Origin: a virus | Lineage: Duplodnaviria; Caudoviricetes | Length of the DNA stretch: 34,162 bases | Strand: one strand, 5' to 3' | Virus record (IMG/VR): IMGVR_UViG_3300049782_000084 | Span: 1-34,162 of that record | In this document: positions 1 to 9,636 of the stretch, piece by piece | Numbering within the stretch: the first letter of the stretch is position 1 | Layout: the number at the start of each line of letters is the position of its first letter | Notes under the pieces: model-generated | What the model was told of the DNA's origin: nothing | What the model saw: only the letters and a program-made list of their open reading frames with translations | Database searches by the model: none | Position numbers and translations under genes: made by a program

Positions 1-35
1 TGCGCCATCCTGACTGGCCGCGGCGGGATGGCGCA
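1..35. repeat. Inverted repeat TGCGCCATCC/GGATGGCGCA upstream of terS; candidate cos/packaging region
   Basis: Perfect 10-bp arms at 1-10 and 26-35; position just before the small terminase is where cos lies in HK97-like phages. Confidence 0.45.
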
Positions 36-83
36 CGCTCAACCTGGGGACCCCCCTTGTGACGGTGAGTGAGGGGGTGCCTG

Positions 84-554
84 ATGGCCTCTCCGAAGGG
101 TCGCCCTGCCGGCCTGAAGCTGATCGAGGGCCGCTCGCCTGGTCGTGACTCCGGTGGTCGCAAGGTCACCGAGCCGCCGGCCTTCAAGCGTGTACCGCCG
201 GAGCCGCCGGAGTGGCTGCCGGACGAAGCGCGTGCCGAGTGGGAGCGCGTGGTGCCGGAGCTTGCGCGGCTTGCCCTCTTGAAGCCTGTGGACCGCTCGG
301 CGCTGACCGCGTATTGCCTGTGCTGGGATCGGTTGGTGCAAGCCCAGCGGCAGATACAGGAGGACGGGTCTGTCCTGGCGCGCAACAGTCAGGGGCAGGT
401 GCGGCACCCAGCGGTGGCGGTGGTTGAGGCGGCGTCGAAGGAGCTGCGGGCGTGGGCGGGTGAATTCGGATTGACGCCGTCGGCCGAGGGCAGGGTGGGT
501 CGGCAGGAGGCGGACGATGGGGACGAGGCGAACCCGTTCGCAGGTTCTGGCTGA
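84..554 (+). CDS. terS: Terminase small subunit (P27 family-like)
   Basis: KGRPAGLKLIEG...PPEWL...ARAEWERVVPEL...L.AYC...HPAV...EFGLTPSA pattern; precedes large terminase; ATG at 84 after G-rich RBS. Confidence 0.92.
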   Translation: MASPKGRPAGLKLIEGRSPGRDSGGRKVTEPPAFKRVPPEPPEWLPDEARAEWERVVPELARLALLKPVDRSALTAYCLCWDRLVQAQRQIQEDGSVLARNSQGQVRHPAVAVVEAASKELRAWAGEFGLTPSAEGRVGRQEADDGDEANPFAGSG

Positions 555-2238
555 CCTGGGCATCAGCCCGGAGGTCGGCTGGTATATGAAGTCCCGCGGG
601 ATCCCGCTGCCGGACTGTCCGCCGAAGGTGCAGACGCCCAATCCGGGCGAGGCGCCGGGTGCGGTGTTCGATCCGGGCCGGGTTGACCGGGTGCTGAAGT
701 CCTTTCATCTGCTGCGGCATACGCAGGGCAAGTGGGCTGGGAAGCCGCTGGATCCGGATCCGTGGCAGGTGGCGTACATCATCGCCCCGGTGTTCGGCTG
801 GGTGCGCTGGGACGACGAGGCTGAGGGGTACGTGCGGATCGTCCGCAAGCTGTACGTGGACGTCCCGCGACGCAACGGCAAGACGACGCTCAGCGGCGGC
901 ATTGCGGTGTACTTGATGGCCGCAGACTCCGAGCCGGGCGCGCAGGTGTATGCGGCGGCCACGTCGGAGAAGCAGGCCCGCTACACGTTCGACCCGATCC
1001 GCACGATCGCGGAGCGGGCGCCGGCGTTGAAGGGCAACGTCAAGGCGTACACGAAGAAGATCACGCATCCGGCGTCGGGTTCGTACTTCACGGTGGTGTC
1101 GTCGGTCGCTGAGGCGATGCACGGGGCGAACGTGCACGGCGGCATCATCGACGAGCTACATGTACACAAAACACCCGATTTGGTCGAGACGATCGAGACG
1201 GGCACTGGCTCCAGGCGTCAGCCCCTCGTAGTGATCATCACGACGGCGGACGACGGCAAGCAGGAGTCCATCTACGACCGCAAGCGCCAGTACGTCGAGC
1301 AGCTGGCCCGCGGAGTTCTGCACGACCCGGACACCTACGGCGTCGTCTGGGGTGCGGACGATGAGGACGACCCCTATGCGGAGAGCACCTGGCGCAAGGC
1401 CAATCCCGGGTTCGGGGTGAGTCCGAGCGCCGCCTACCTGCGGGGCGCCGCGGCGGAGGCACAGCAGTCGCCTGCCGACCTGGCGAAGTTCCTGCGCCTG
1501 CACCTGGGGATCCGCACCAAGCAAAGCACCCGGTTCCTGACGATGCCCGCCTGGGACAACAACGCGGGCATGGTCGACGAGGAACTGCTGGCCGGCCGAG
1601 AGACGTGGGGTGGGCTCGACCTGGCCAGCACTTCCGACCTGTGCGCGCTGTGCTGGCTGTTCCCGAACGACGACGACGGCACCTTGGACGCCCTGTGGCG
1701 GTTCTGGACACCCGAGGACAACCTGAAGGCGCTGGACAAGCGGACGGCCGGTGCGGCGTCGAGGTGGGTGCGTGAGGGCTGGCTGACGGCAACACCGGGC
1801 AACGTGGCCGACTACGACTGGATCAGGGAGCAGATCCGCCGGGACCGCGACAAGTTCAAGGTCCGCAGCATCGGCTACGACCCTTGGAACGCCTCGCAGT
1901 TGACGAACGACCTGGTAAGCGAGCGGGCGCCGATGGTGAAGGTCCGGCAGGGCTTCGCGACGATGTCGCCGGTGCTGAAGGAGATTCAGCGGCTGGTGCT
2001 GCAGGGCACGCCGGAGCGGCCGGCGCTGCGGCATGGCGGGCATCCGGTGGTGCGCTGGTGCGTGGACAACCTGGCCGTGGCGATGGACCCGGCAGGCAAT
2101 GTGAAGCCGGACAAGGCCAACTCGGGCGACAAGATCGACGGTGTGTCTGCGCTGGCCACGGCCATGGCGGAGATCGTCGCGCGGCCCCCGCGCCGGAAGT
2201 CCCGGTACGCGGACGAAGACGAGATCATGGTCGTGTAG
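517..2238 (+). CDS. terL: Terminase large subunit
   Basis: Walker A VPRRNGKTT, Walker B IIDELH, coupling motif IITTA, nuclease GGLDLAS..D and KIDGVSA. Confidence 0.97.
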   Translation: MGTRRTRSQVLADLGISPEVGWYMKSRGIPLPDCPPKVQTPNPGEAPGAVFDPGRVDRVLKSFHLLRHTQGKWAGKPLDPDPWQVAYIIAPVFGWVRWDDEAEGYVRIVRKLYVDVPRRNGKTTLSGGIAVYLMAADSEPGAQVYAAATSEKQARYTFDPIRTIAERAPALKGNVKAYTKKITHPASGSYFTVVSSVAEAMHGANVHGGIIDELHVHKTPDLVETIETGTGSRRQPLVVIITTADDGKQESIYDRKRQYVEQLARGVLHDPDTYGVVWGADDEDDPYAESTWRKANPGFGVSPSAAYLRGAAAEAQQSPADLAKFLRLHLGIRTKQSTRFLTMPAWDNNAGMVDEELLAGRETWGGLDLASTSDLCALCWLFPNDDDGTLDALWRFWTPEDNLKALDKRTAGAASRWVREGWLTATPGNVADYDWIREQIRRDRDKFKVRSIGYDPWNASQLTNDLVSERAPMVKVRQGFATMSPVLKEIQRLVLQGTPERPALRHGGHPVVRWCVDNLAVAMDPAGNVKPDKANSGDKIDGVSALATAMAEIVARPPRRKSRYADEDEIMVV

Positions 2239-2260
2239 CGGCCTGGCGGGGAGGTCGCAG

Positions 2261-2482
2261 ATGTTCGCATGGCGTCGCACGGCGGTCCGTAAGCGGGTCG
2301 TGGTCAACCTGGCCGACAAGGCGTTCAGCGGAATCCTGTGGGCGAAGCGCGGGCCGCTGCTGGTGCTGCGGGATGTGGAACTCCTCGAGGCCGGACGCGC
2401 CCCCCAGCCGGTCGACGGCGAGGTCGTCATCGAGCGCGCCCGCATCGAGTTCACCCAGGTGCTCTCGGGTGGGGGTGGCTGA
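2261..2482 (+). CDS. Small protein with Sm/LSm-like pattern (73 aa)
   Basis: GGGGAGG RBS, ATG 2261; stop overlaps portal start (TGATG); RVVVNL..KAFSGIL....LLVLRDVE...GEVVIERARIEFTQV. Confidence 0.8.
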   Translation: MFAWRRTAVRKRVVVNLADKAFSGILWAKRGPLLVLRDVELLEAGRAPQPVDGEVVIERARIEFTQVLSGGGG

Positions 2483-4413
2483 TGGCGTTCGTGGTCAGCT
2501 CCGGGCAGCTCGCGACCACCGGCGCCGGCGTCACGCCGATGTTCTCGGCGGCCCCGATCGCAGCTGCGCCGTGGGAGTACGAGGCGATCTGGCGGGCTCA
2601 GCCGCAGGTCCGCACGGTGATCTCATTCCTGGCGAGGAACATCGCACAGGTCGGCATTCACACGTTCCGTCGGATCAGCGACACGGACCGGGAGCGGCTC
2701 AGGGATCACCCGCTGGCGCAACTGCTGGCGGAACCGCTGCCGCGGATGACGCAGTACCGGTTCATCGAGCGGATGGTGTCGGACTACGCCCTGTACGACG
2801 ACTTCTACGGGATCAAGCTGCGGCTGAACGGGCGGCTTCAGATCCTGCCGGTGCCGCCGACGCTGATCCGCCCGGCCGAGGGGAACTGGATCGCCCCGAA
2901 GTACTACGAGACCGCGGGCGGCCGGGAGTTCGCGCCGGAGGAAGTCGTCCACATCCACGGCTACACGCCGGAAACCCTCACGCACGGCACATCGCCGATC
3001 GAGTCGCTGCGTGACCTGCTGCTGGAGTCGGCTGAGTCGGCGAAGCAACGGCAGGCGATGTGGAAGGGCGGCGCCCGGCACACGGGTGTTCTGGTGCGTC
3101 CGCCAGAGGCGCCCGAGTGGGGCCCGAAAGAGAGGGCCCGCTTCCGTGAGATGTGGCGGGCGTTCACGCAGGGCGGCGGCGGCGAGGGCGGCACGCCGAT
3201 CCTCGAAGACGGCATGGATTACAAACCGGTCGGCTTCAACCCGGAGCAGGCCCAGTACATCGAGGGCCGCAAGCTCACCCGGGAGGAGTGCGCGGCCGCC
3301 TATTTCATCCCGCCGCCGCTGATCGGAATCCTCGACCACGCCACCTACTCCAACATCAAGGAGCAGCACAGCCACCTCTACCAGGACACCCTCGGCCCCT
3401 ACATGGTCATGTTCGCGCAGGAGATCCAGGCGCAGATCCTGCCGGACCTGCCGGACAGCGAAGACGTGTACTGCGAGTTCAACATCGACGCGAAGATGCG
3501 CGGCTCCTTCGAGGAGCAGGCGGCTGCGGCGTCGACGGCGACTGGCCGGCCGTGGATGACGGTGAACGAGACCCGGGCCCGCAACAACCTGCCGGGGATC
3601 GATGGCGGCGACGACCTGATCGTGCCGCTGAACGTCACGCAGGGCGGCCTGGCATCCCCACGTGATACGGCACCGGAGCCTGATGCGGTCCCAAAAGCCT
3701 CGGCCCGGCAGGTCGCCACCAAGGCCGGGCAGCAGCAAGGGCAGCCCACGCCGGATGAGCTGCGGGAGGAGTTCGCGAAGGCGCTGCGCGACCTGACCGA
3801 CGCCCAGATCGAGGCCCTGGTGGCGTCCGCGCCGGGCGGCCCCGACGCGGTGAGCAAGTGGTGGGCGGCCGGCCGGGCTACCCGCCTGGCGAAGTTCTCC
3901 AAGCTCATCGCCGACTTCATGACCCGGCTGGGCCTGCTCGCCGCACACAAGGTGCTGGACGAGTTCAATCCCGACCGGGACGGCTGGTCGGCGGACGTGA
4001 TGGAGCCATGGCTGCTCACGGCAGCCCTCCACCACGCCGAGCTCCACGACGCGGCCGGCGAACAAGCCGCGGTCGCGGCCGTCGAGGAACCGCCCGAAGA
4101 GGGCGGGATAGCGGGAGCGCTGTTGCTGGCCGGCGGTCTATGGGCGCTTGCCGCCCTGACACGCAGCGAGACCGCCGCAACGGAGGCGCTTTCCTTCGGC
4201 GGCCACGATGCGGCCGAAGCGTCCGGGCTGGGATTCAAGGTGTGGCAGACCACCAGCGGCAACCCGCGCGCCCAGCATGCCGCCCTGGACGGAGAGAAGG
4301 TCCCGCTGGACGGGGTGTTCTCCAACGGCCTGCGCTGGCCCGGCGACAACACGGGCGACGCGGATGAGACGGCGAACTGCCGGTGTGAGCTGACGTTTTC
4401 TATATCGGAGTGA
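2482..4413 (+). CDS. HK97-family portal protein with C-terminal MuF (head morphogenesis)-like domain
   Basis: HPLAQLL..P, EVVHIH, GTSPI, ILEDGMDY, IPPPLIG, TYSNI, WMTVNETRA; C-terminal KVWQT...RAQHAALDGEKVP...WPGD...ETANCRC. Confidence 0.93.
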   Translation: MAFVVSSGQLATTGAGVTPMFSAAPIAAAPWEYEAIWRAQPQVRTVISFLARNIAQVGIHTFRRISDTDRERLRDHPLAQLLAEPLPRMTQYRFIERMVSDYALYDDFYGIKLRLNGRLQILPVPPTLIRPAEGNWIAPKYYETAGGREFAPEEVVHIHGYTPETLTHGTSPIESLRDLLLESAESAKQRQAMWKGGARHTGVLVRPPEAPEWGPKERARFREMWRAFTQGGGGEGGTPILEDGMDYKPVGFNPEQAQYIEGRKLTREECAAAYFIPPPLIGILDHATYSNIKEQHSHLYQDTLGPYMVMFAQEIQAQILPDLPDSEDVYCEFNIDAKMRGSFEEQAAAASTATGRPWMTVNETRARNNLPGIDGGDDLIVPLNVTQGGLASPRDTAPEPDAVPKASARQVATKAGQQQGQPTPDELREEFAKALRDLTDAQIEALVASAPGGPDAVSKWWAAGRATRLAKFSKLIADFMTRLGLLAAHKVLDEFNPDRDGWSADVMEPWLLTAALHHAELHDAAGEQAAVAAVEEPPEEGGIAGALLLAGGLWALAALTRSETAATEALSFGGHDAAEASGLGFKVWQTTSGNPRAQHAALDGEKVPLDGVFSNGLRWPGDNTGDADETANCRCELTFSISE

Positions 4414-4415
4414 CC

Positions 4416-5231
4416 ATGCGGACTAAGAGCTGCCCGGTGCGGATCAAGGCCGCGGGCACCCACGAAGGCACCGACGAGGGCGTGTTCGAGGCCATCGTCG
4501 CCGCCTACAACCTCGACAGCGTCGGCGACAAGATCGCCCCCGGCGCGTTCGCCGAGACCCTCGCCGAGTGGAAGGGCCGCGGCGACCCGGTTCCGGTGCT
4601 GTGGTCGCACATGAGCCACGACCCGGACTACCACATCGGCGAAGTCCTGGAGGCCGAGGAGCGCCCGGAAGGTCTGTGGGTGAAGGCCCGCATCGACCTC
4701 GACGCCCCCAAGGCCGCCCAGGTGTACAAGCTGCTGAAGGGCCGCCGGGTCACCCAGTTCAGCTTCGCCTACGACATCGAAGAGGGCTCGTGGGTGGAGC
4801 AGAAGGACGGCCCCGGCTACTACGAGCTGCGCAAGCTCAAGCTGTACGAGGTCGGGCCGACGCTGATCGGTGCCAACCAGGCCACCGAGCTGATCGACGT
4901 GAAAAGCGCGGCGGCCGCCGACATGCTTCCTGACCTGACAAAGGTGCAGGAGACGCTCGAGACGCTGAAGGCCGGCAGGACGCTGTCGGCGCAGAACGAG
5001 CAGCGGGTGCGCGACATCGCGCGCCTGGCCAAGGAGCTGCTGGACTCCCTCCCCTCCAGCGACGACACGCAGGACGCCGAGAAGGCCACGCCTGCCCCGC
5101 CCGCTGCCGCCTCGCCCCAGGAAGCCCCTGAGGCCAAGGCGGACCAGCCCGCCGGGCCGAGCCCCGCCTCGCTCCGTCTGCACGCCGACCTTGCCGCCCT
5201 TGAGGCGGAGGTCTCCACGCTTACGGACTGA
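4416..5231 (+). CDS. HK97-family prohead protease
   Basis: GVFEAIVAAYN.DSVGDKIAPGAF, VLWSH, FSFAY, LYEVGPTLIGAN; alternative GTG start at 4410. Confidence 0.93.
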   Translation: MRTKSCPVRIKAAGTHEGTDEGVFEAIVAAYNLDSVGDKIAPGAFAETLAEWKGRGDPVPVLWSHMSHDPDYHIGEVLEAEERPEGLWVKARIDLDAPKAAQVYKLLKGRRVTQFSFAYDIEEGSWVEQKDGPGYYELRKLKLYEVGPTLIGANQATELIDVKSAAAADMLPDLTKVQETLETLKAGRTLSAQNEQRVRDIARLAKELLDSLPSSDDTQDAEKATPAPPAAASPQEAPEAKADQPAGPSPASLRLHADLAALEAEVSTLTD

Positions 5232-5239
5232 GGAGAGCC

Positions 5240-6532
5240 GTGAACAAGATCGAGGAGCTGAAGGACCAGCTCAAGCACCACCTGATGCAGGCCCAGACGA
5301 TCGCGGCGAAGGCCGACGACGAGGGCCGCGACTTCACCGACGACGAGCGCACCCAGGTCAAGCAGCACATGGACCAGGCGCAGGAGGCCAAGGCCGGCCT
5401 GGAGAAGGCCAGGGCGTCCGCCACCATGCGCCAGGCCCTCGCCGACCTCGGCGACGAGATCCAGGTGGAGGAGAAGTCGGGCGGCGAGCGTCGCACCCCC
5501 TCCGGCCTGGTCATCCCCGACAGCAAGGCGTCGCTGGGCGAGTCGTTCGTCAAGTCCGCCGAGTACCAGGGCCTCATGGCGTCCGCACCGAACGGCGTGT
5601 TCGGCAAGGACCACCGCGTGCAGTCCCGGCCGGTCGGCTACAAGGCCCTCGTCACCGGCGGCTCCGACACCTCCGGCGGCGCGTTCGTCACCAACCAGAT
5701 GATGGGTCTGCAGGTCGGGCAGCTGGCGTTCCAGCGGCCGCTGCGCCTGCGGGACGTGGTCACCAACCTGACGACCACGTCGGACACCATCGAGTACGTG
5801 CGGATGACGTCGCAGACGAACAACGCCGCCCCGGTGGCGGAGTCGACGGCGACCGCCGACCCGGGCACGATGAACGCCGCGAACGGCGTCAAGCCGGAGT
5901 CCGCGCTGGCGTGGGCGAAGGTCACGACCCCTGTGCGGACGATCGCGCACTGGATCCCGCTGACCAAGCGGGCCCTGTCGGACGCCGCCCAGGTCCGCTC
6001 CATCATCGACGCCTTCCTCCGCTACGGCCTGGAGGAGGAGCTCGAGGACCAGATGGTGTCCGGCGACGGCACCGGCGAGAACCTCGAGGGCCTCTCCAAC
6101 GTGTCCGGCGTGCAGGCGCAGGCGTGGGACACCAACCTGCTGACCACGACCCGCAAGGCCCGCACGAAGGTGCGTCTCGTCGGCCGCTCGACCCCGAACG
6201 CCTACCTGTTCAACCCGTCCGACCTGGAGGCCATCGACCTCCTGCAGGACAACGAGGCAAGGTTCTACTTCGGCGGTCCCTCCGGGCTGGGCACCGCGGG
6301 CACCCTGTGGGGGCTGCCGGTCATCGAGACGGAGGCCGTCCCGGCGGGCACCGGCTACGTCGGCGACTTCCGCAAGGCCGTGCTGTGGGACCGCGAGCAG
6401 GCGTCCATCACCATCTCGGACAGCCACGCCAACTTCTTCATCCGCAACATGGTCGCGATCCTCGCCGAGATGCGGGCCGCGTTCGGCGTCATCCAGCCCA
6501 ACGCGTTCGTCGAGATCGACCTGACCGCCTGA
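5240..6532 (+). CDS. Major capsid protein (HK97 fold, N-terminal delta/scaffold domain)
   Basis: GAGGAG RBS; coiled N-terminus; KPES, TIAHWIP, SGDGTGENLEG, LWGLPV, VGDF, FIRNMVAILAEMR. Confidence 0.96.
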   Translation: MNKIEELKDQLKHHLMQAQTIAAKADDEGRDFTDDERTQVKQHMDQAQEAKAGLEKARASATMRQALADLGDEIQVEEKSGGERRTPSGLVIPDSKASLGESFVKSAEYQGLMASAPNGVFGKDHRVQSRPVGYKALVTGGSDTSGGAFVTNQMMGLQVGQLAFQRPLRLRDVVTNLTTTSDTIEYVRMTSQTNNAAPVAESTATADPGTMNAANGVKPESALAWAKVTTPVRTIAHWIPLTKRALSDAAQVRSIIDAFLRYGLEEELEDQMVSGDGTGENLEGLSNVSGVQAQAWDTNLLTTTRKARTKVRLVGRSTPNAYLFNPSDLEAIDLLQDNEARFYFGGPSGLGTAGTLWGLPVIETEAVPAGTGYVGDFRKAVLWDREQASITISDSHANFFIRNMVAILAEMRAAFGVIQPNAFVEIDLTA

Positions 6533-6546
6533 TCGGAGGCCACACC

Positions 6547-6762
6547 ATGGCATACCTGAATCCGGCTGCCGGGGCGACCCGCGAAGGCAAGCAGGCCGCC
6601 GCCGTCACGCCGCTGACCAACGCCAACGGAACGGCGGACAACACGATCGCCGACGTCGGCGCGTCCTTCAACCAGGCGACGCTGAACAACAACTTCCGCG
6701 ACCTGTCCGACAAGGTCAACGCCATCATCACGGCTCTGAAGAACGCCGGGCTGATGGCCTGA
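6547..6762 (+). CDS. Small virion protein (head fibre/decoration-like)
   Basis: GGAGG RBS; C-terminus KVNAIITALKNAGLMA typical of short trimeric head fibre proteins; follows capsid gene. Confidence 0.7.
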   Translation: MAYLNPAAGATREGKQAAAVTPLTNANGTADNTIADVGASFNQATLNNNFRDLSDKVNAIITALKNAGLMA

Positions 6763-7103
6763 TGCTGGTCAACTCACGGACTGTCCGGGGCCGCTGCCCG
6801 ATGTGCGGCGCCGCTCACGCCGCCTGCGGCGCGGCCTCGGACACCACTCCCGTCGACGAACGAATGGAGGTGGCCGCCGTGGGCGGACCGCTGAAGAAGT
6901 ACGAGGTCACCACGCCTTCCGGCGTGAAGACCACCATGAAGCTCAACGAGGACGACGCTCGTCGTCTGGGCGTGCTCGACGAGGCGTCCAAGACGAGCAC
7001 CGAGGAGTCTGCGCCGGAGCCGGCGGCAAAGAGGCGGGCCGCCAGCAACAAGAGCCGTACCGCGGCCACGAAGGATGGCGGTGCGGGCGGTGGCGACGAC
7101 TGA
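6762..7103 (+). CDS. Hypothetical head-region protein
   Basis: TGATG coupling to previous gene; N-terminal CPMC..H..C; low-complexity basic tail; start could be later. Confidence 0.65.
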   Translation: MLVNSRTVRGRCPMCGAAHAACGAASDTTPVDERMEVAAVGGPLKKYEVTTPSGVKTTMKLNEDDARRLGVLDEASKTSTEESAPEPAAKRRAASNKSRTAATKDGGAGGGDD

Positions 7104-7641
7104 CTTCCTCGCAGACCCGGAAGACCTGGCGGTCTGGCTGGGCGTCCCCGCCAGCGACCCCAAGCTGCGTCAGGCCCTGGGTGCGGCGTCAAGCCGCTTC
7201 CGGGGGGCGGTCCGCCACCACGTGTCCTTCGTGGCAGACGAGACGACCGTCCTGGACGGCAACGGCAAGACGTCGCTGCTGCTCCCCGCTGCCCCGGTCA
7301 CGTCTGTGACCTCGGTCAAGCTGGACGGCGTGGCACTGACGGAGAACACCGACTTCTCTTGGTCGGCAGACGGCTATCTGCGTCGCCTGGGAGCGTGCTG
7401 GCCGGACCGTCTGCGATGTGTCGAAATCGTTTGGAGCCACGGCTATGAGACGACCCCTGAGGACATTGCCGAGGTCGTTGTCGATCAGGCGCGCGCGCAG
7501 TACGCAGTCCGCCCCGGCCTTACGTCGATGACCGTGGGCGGTCAGTCCGTGGCGTTTGGGGCGCAGGCGTCCATCGGCGTCACCGAGCAGTGGAAGACGG
7601 CCGTCGAAAAGTACGGCCTCAACGACGGGGACGAGCCGTGA
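7090..7641 (+). CDS. Head-to-tail adaptor
   Basis: FLADPEDLA, LDGNG..SLLLP..PV..V..V, V.WSHGY...PEDI motifs; gene order. Confidence 0.8.
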   Translation: MATTDFLADPEDLAVWLGVPASDPKLRQALGAASSRFRGAVRHHVSFVADETTVLDGNGKTSLLLPAAPVTSVTSVKLDGVALTENTDFSWSADGYLRRLGACWPDRLRCVEIVWSHGYETTPEDIAEVVVDQARAQYAVRPGLTSMTVGGQSVAFGAQASIGVTEQWKTAVEKYGLNDGDEP

Positions 7642-7991
7642 GCCTGATGTTCTACCAGTCCTTCGTCCGTGTCCGGGCCCCCATCGCTGAGGACCGGTAT
7701 CAGAACAAGAAGCGGGACTGGGACAACGCCTCACGCGCCACGGTATCCGGCGTGAACATCCAGCCGGCCGGTACACCGGTGCGGTCGGAGGAGGAAACCG
7801 ACGACCGGCAGACCACGGTCACCACCTGGGTCCTGCAGACCCCGGAGGGCGTCAACCTGGATCTGCTGGAAACGGACCGGATCGAGTTCGACGGCATGAC
7901 CCTCGAGGTCGACGGCAAGGTCGGACGCTGGCCCGACCCGTTCGGCCCGGGCGTGCACCACGTCGAGGCCAGGCTGAAGGAGGTCGACTAG
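7638..7991 (+). CDS. Head-to-tail stopper/closure protein
   Basis: GTGA overlap; DRY...DW, DRIEFDGMTLEVDG...W...HHVEARL. Confidence 0.8.
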   Translation: MSLMFYQSFVRVRAPIAEDRYQNKKRDWDNASRATVSGVNIQPAGTPVRSEEETDDRQTTVTTWVLQTPEGVNLDLLETDRIEFDGMTLEVDGKVGRWPDPFGPGVHHVEARLKEVD

Positions 7992-8359
7992 TGGCCCGCG
8001 CCCGCATCGTCTTCGACCGCCGCGTCTACCGTCGGATCGCTTCCAGTCCGGAGATGGCTTCCTACCTGCTGGCGCTCGCCAACCAGGGCAAGGCCATCGC
8101 TACCGCGCTGGCGCCGGTCTACACGGGCCCGACGTGGGGCACGGCGGTCCGCTCGCAGGACTACAAGCGGTCGCTGGACGCGAAGCTGGTCCGGAACAAC
8201 TTCGGCTGGCGCAGCGAGATCGCCGCGAATGTGGCCTACGCGGTGCAGGTCGAGTTCGGCACCGGCCGGCCCTACACGACGCAGGAGCGGCCTCAGGAGG
8301 GCTGGTCTCCGAAGTGGCGTGTCCTGGGCCGCACCCTGGAAGCGATGAGGAGCGTGTAA
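7991..8359 (+). CDS. Neck protein (HK97 gp10-like)
   Basis: LAPV.TG, YA.QVEFGT motif, VLGRTL C-terminus. Confidence 0.8.
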   Translation: MARARIVFDRRVYRRIASSPEMASYLLALANQGKAIATALAPVYTGPTWGTAVRSQDYKRSLDAKLVRNNFGWRSEIAANVAYAVQVEFGTGRPYTTQERPQEGWSPKWRVLGRTLEAMRSV

Positions 8360-8589
8360 TGCCCCGGATCAAGCTGTCTACCTGGTACGGCGACAAGGCC
8401 CCCGGCGACGAGATCGACGTCGACGATGCGAAGCTCAAGGCCCTGAAGCGTGACGGCCGCGTCGCCGAAGTCCTCGACCCCGGCGCCGGGGGCGTGGCGC
8501 AGCCCGAACCGGCCGTCGCGGTCAGCGAGACCGGCACGCCGGAGGCTGTCGAGGCCGCGCCGCCCGAGACGGGCCGCAAGCGGCGATGA
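8359..8589 (+). CDS. Small hypothetical virion-module protein
   Basis: GAGGAG RBS, TAATG coupling; PGDEIDVDD...L.RDGRV. Confidence 0.7.
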   Translation: MPRIKLSTWYGDKAPGDEIDVDDAKLKALKRDGRVAEVLDPGAGGVAQPEPAVAVSETGTPEAVEAAPPETGRKRR

Positions 8590-8987
8590 ATCTGCCCGTC
8601 GCGCCGATGCCGGACGTCGAGATGGTCGCGATCGACCTCCTCGCGGAGGTGCTCGACGACGCCGTCACGGTCGGCAGCGAGTGGCCGGAAGACCTCGCGC
8701 AGCATCTGCCCGTCGTGGCCGTCACCCTCGGCCCGGGCGGCGGCTCCGCCATCAAGGCCGTCACGGCAGACCGCGGCCTCGACATCGACGTCCTCGCCTC
8801 CAGCAAGGCCGAGGCGCGCGACCTGGCCGCTCTCGTGTCCGCGCACCTGCTGGCCGCCCAGGGCACGGTCCGCCCGGGCGCCCGCATCTACGGCGTCGAG
8901 GAGACCAGCCTCATCTGGCTGCCCGACCCGGTCACGAACATTCCCCGCTACGTGCTCGTGATGAGCATGGTGGTCCGCCCCGCGTAG
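8586..8987 (+). CDS. Tail terminator
   Basis: PDVE, LPVVAV..GPGG, LDIDV.A..K.EARDLA, WLPDP...PRY; directly before tail tube. Confidence 0.8.
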   Translation: MNLPVAPMPDVEMVAIDLLAEVLDDAVTVGSEWPEDLAQHLPVVAVTLGPGGGSAIKAVTADRGLDIDVLASSKAEARDLAALVSAHLLAAQGTVRPGARIYGVEETSLIWLPDPVTNIPRYVLVMSMVVRPA

Positions 8988-9069
8988 CAGCATCCAACCC
9001 GCAGCCCTCTGTCCTTTTCACCCGTCGGCGTGTGGCCGTGCGGGTCCTCGCTATGCCTGGAGGCATCCC

Positions 9070-9630
9070 GTGGCGAACGACGCCGATAACGTGCGAGTGG
9101 GCCTCAACGGCTCCGTGTACATCGCCCCGAAGGGAACGACCGCCCCGACCGATCTGGACACCGCCTGGGGGGCGGGCTGGGTCGACCTCGGCTACCTGTC
9201 CGACGACGGCGTGGAGATGTCCTACTCGACGGAGACCGAGGACATCAACGCCTGGCAGTCCCTGTCCCCGGTGCGGAAGGTCCTGACGGGTGTCGACATG
9301 ACGCTCGCGTTCACCGCGATCGAGCTCAAGACCAGCACGGTCACCCTGTACTTCCCGAGCGCGACGATGACGAACGTCTCCGGCACCGTCCACAAGCTCA
9401 GCATCCCCGCCGCGCCGGACCCGGACGAGCGGGCGATCGGCCTGGAGTGGATCGACGGCGACATCAAGAACCGCCTGATCATCGCCCGCGGCGAGGTCAC
9501 CGACCGGGAGGCCATCACCCTGGCCCGCTCGGGCGCGGTCGGTCTCGGCATGACCGTCTCCGCCTACGCGGACACCGCGCCGGAGATCGCGGTGTGGCTG
9601 TCCAACGACCCGGCTTGGTCCGCGGCGTAA
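9070..9630 (+). CDS. Major tail tube protein
   Basis: G.VYIAPKGT.AP, LGYLSDDGV, INAWQ pattern of actinophage tail tube proteins; GGAGG RBS. Confidence 0.9.
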   Translation: MANDADNVRVGLNGSVYIAPKGTTAPTDLDTAWGAGWVDLGYLSDDGVEMSYSTETEDINAWQSLSPVRKVLTGVDMTLAFTAIELKTSTVTLYFPSATMTNVSGTVHKLSIPAAPDPDERAIGLEWIDGDIKNRLIIARGEVTDREAITLARSGAVGLGMTVSAYADTAPEIAVWLSNDPAWSAA

Positions 9631-9636
9631 CCATCT

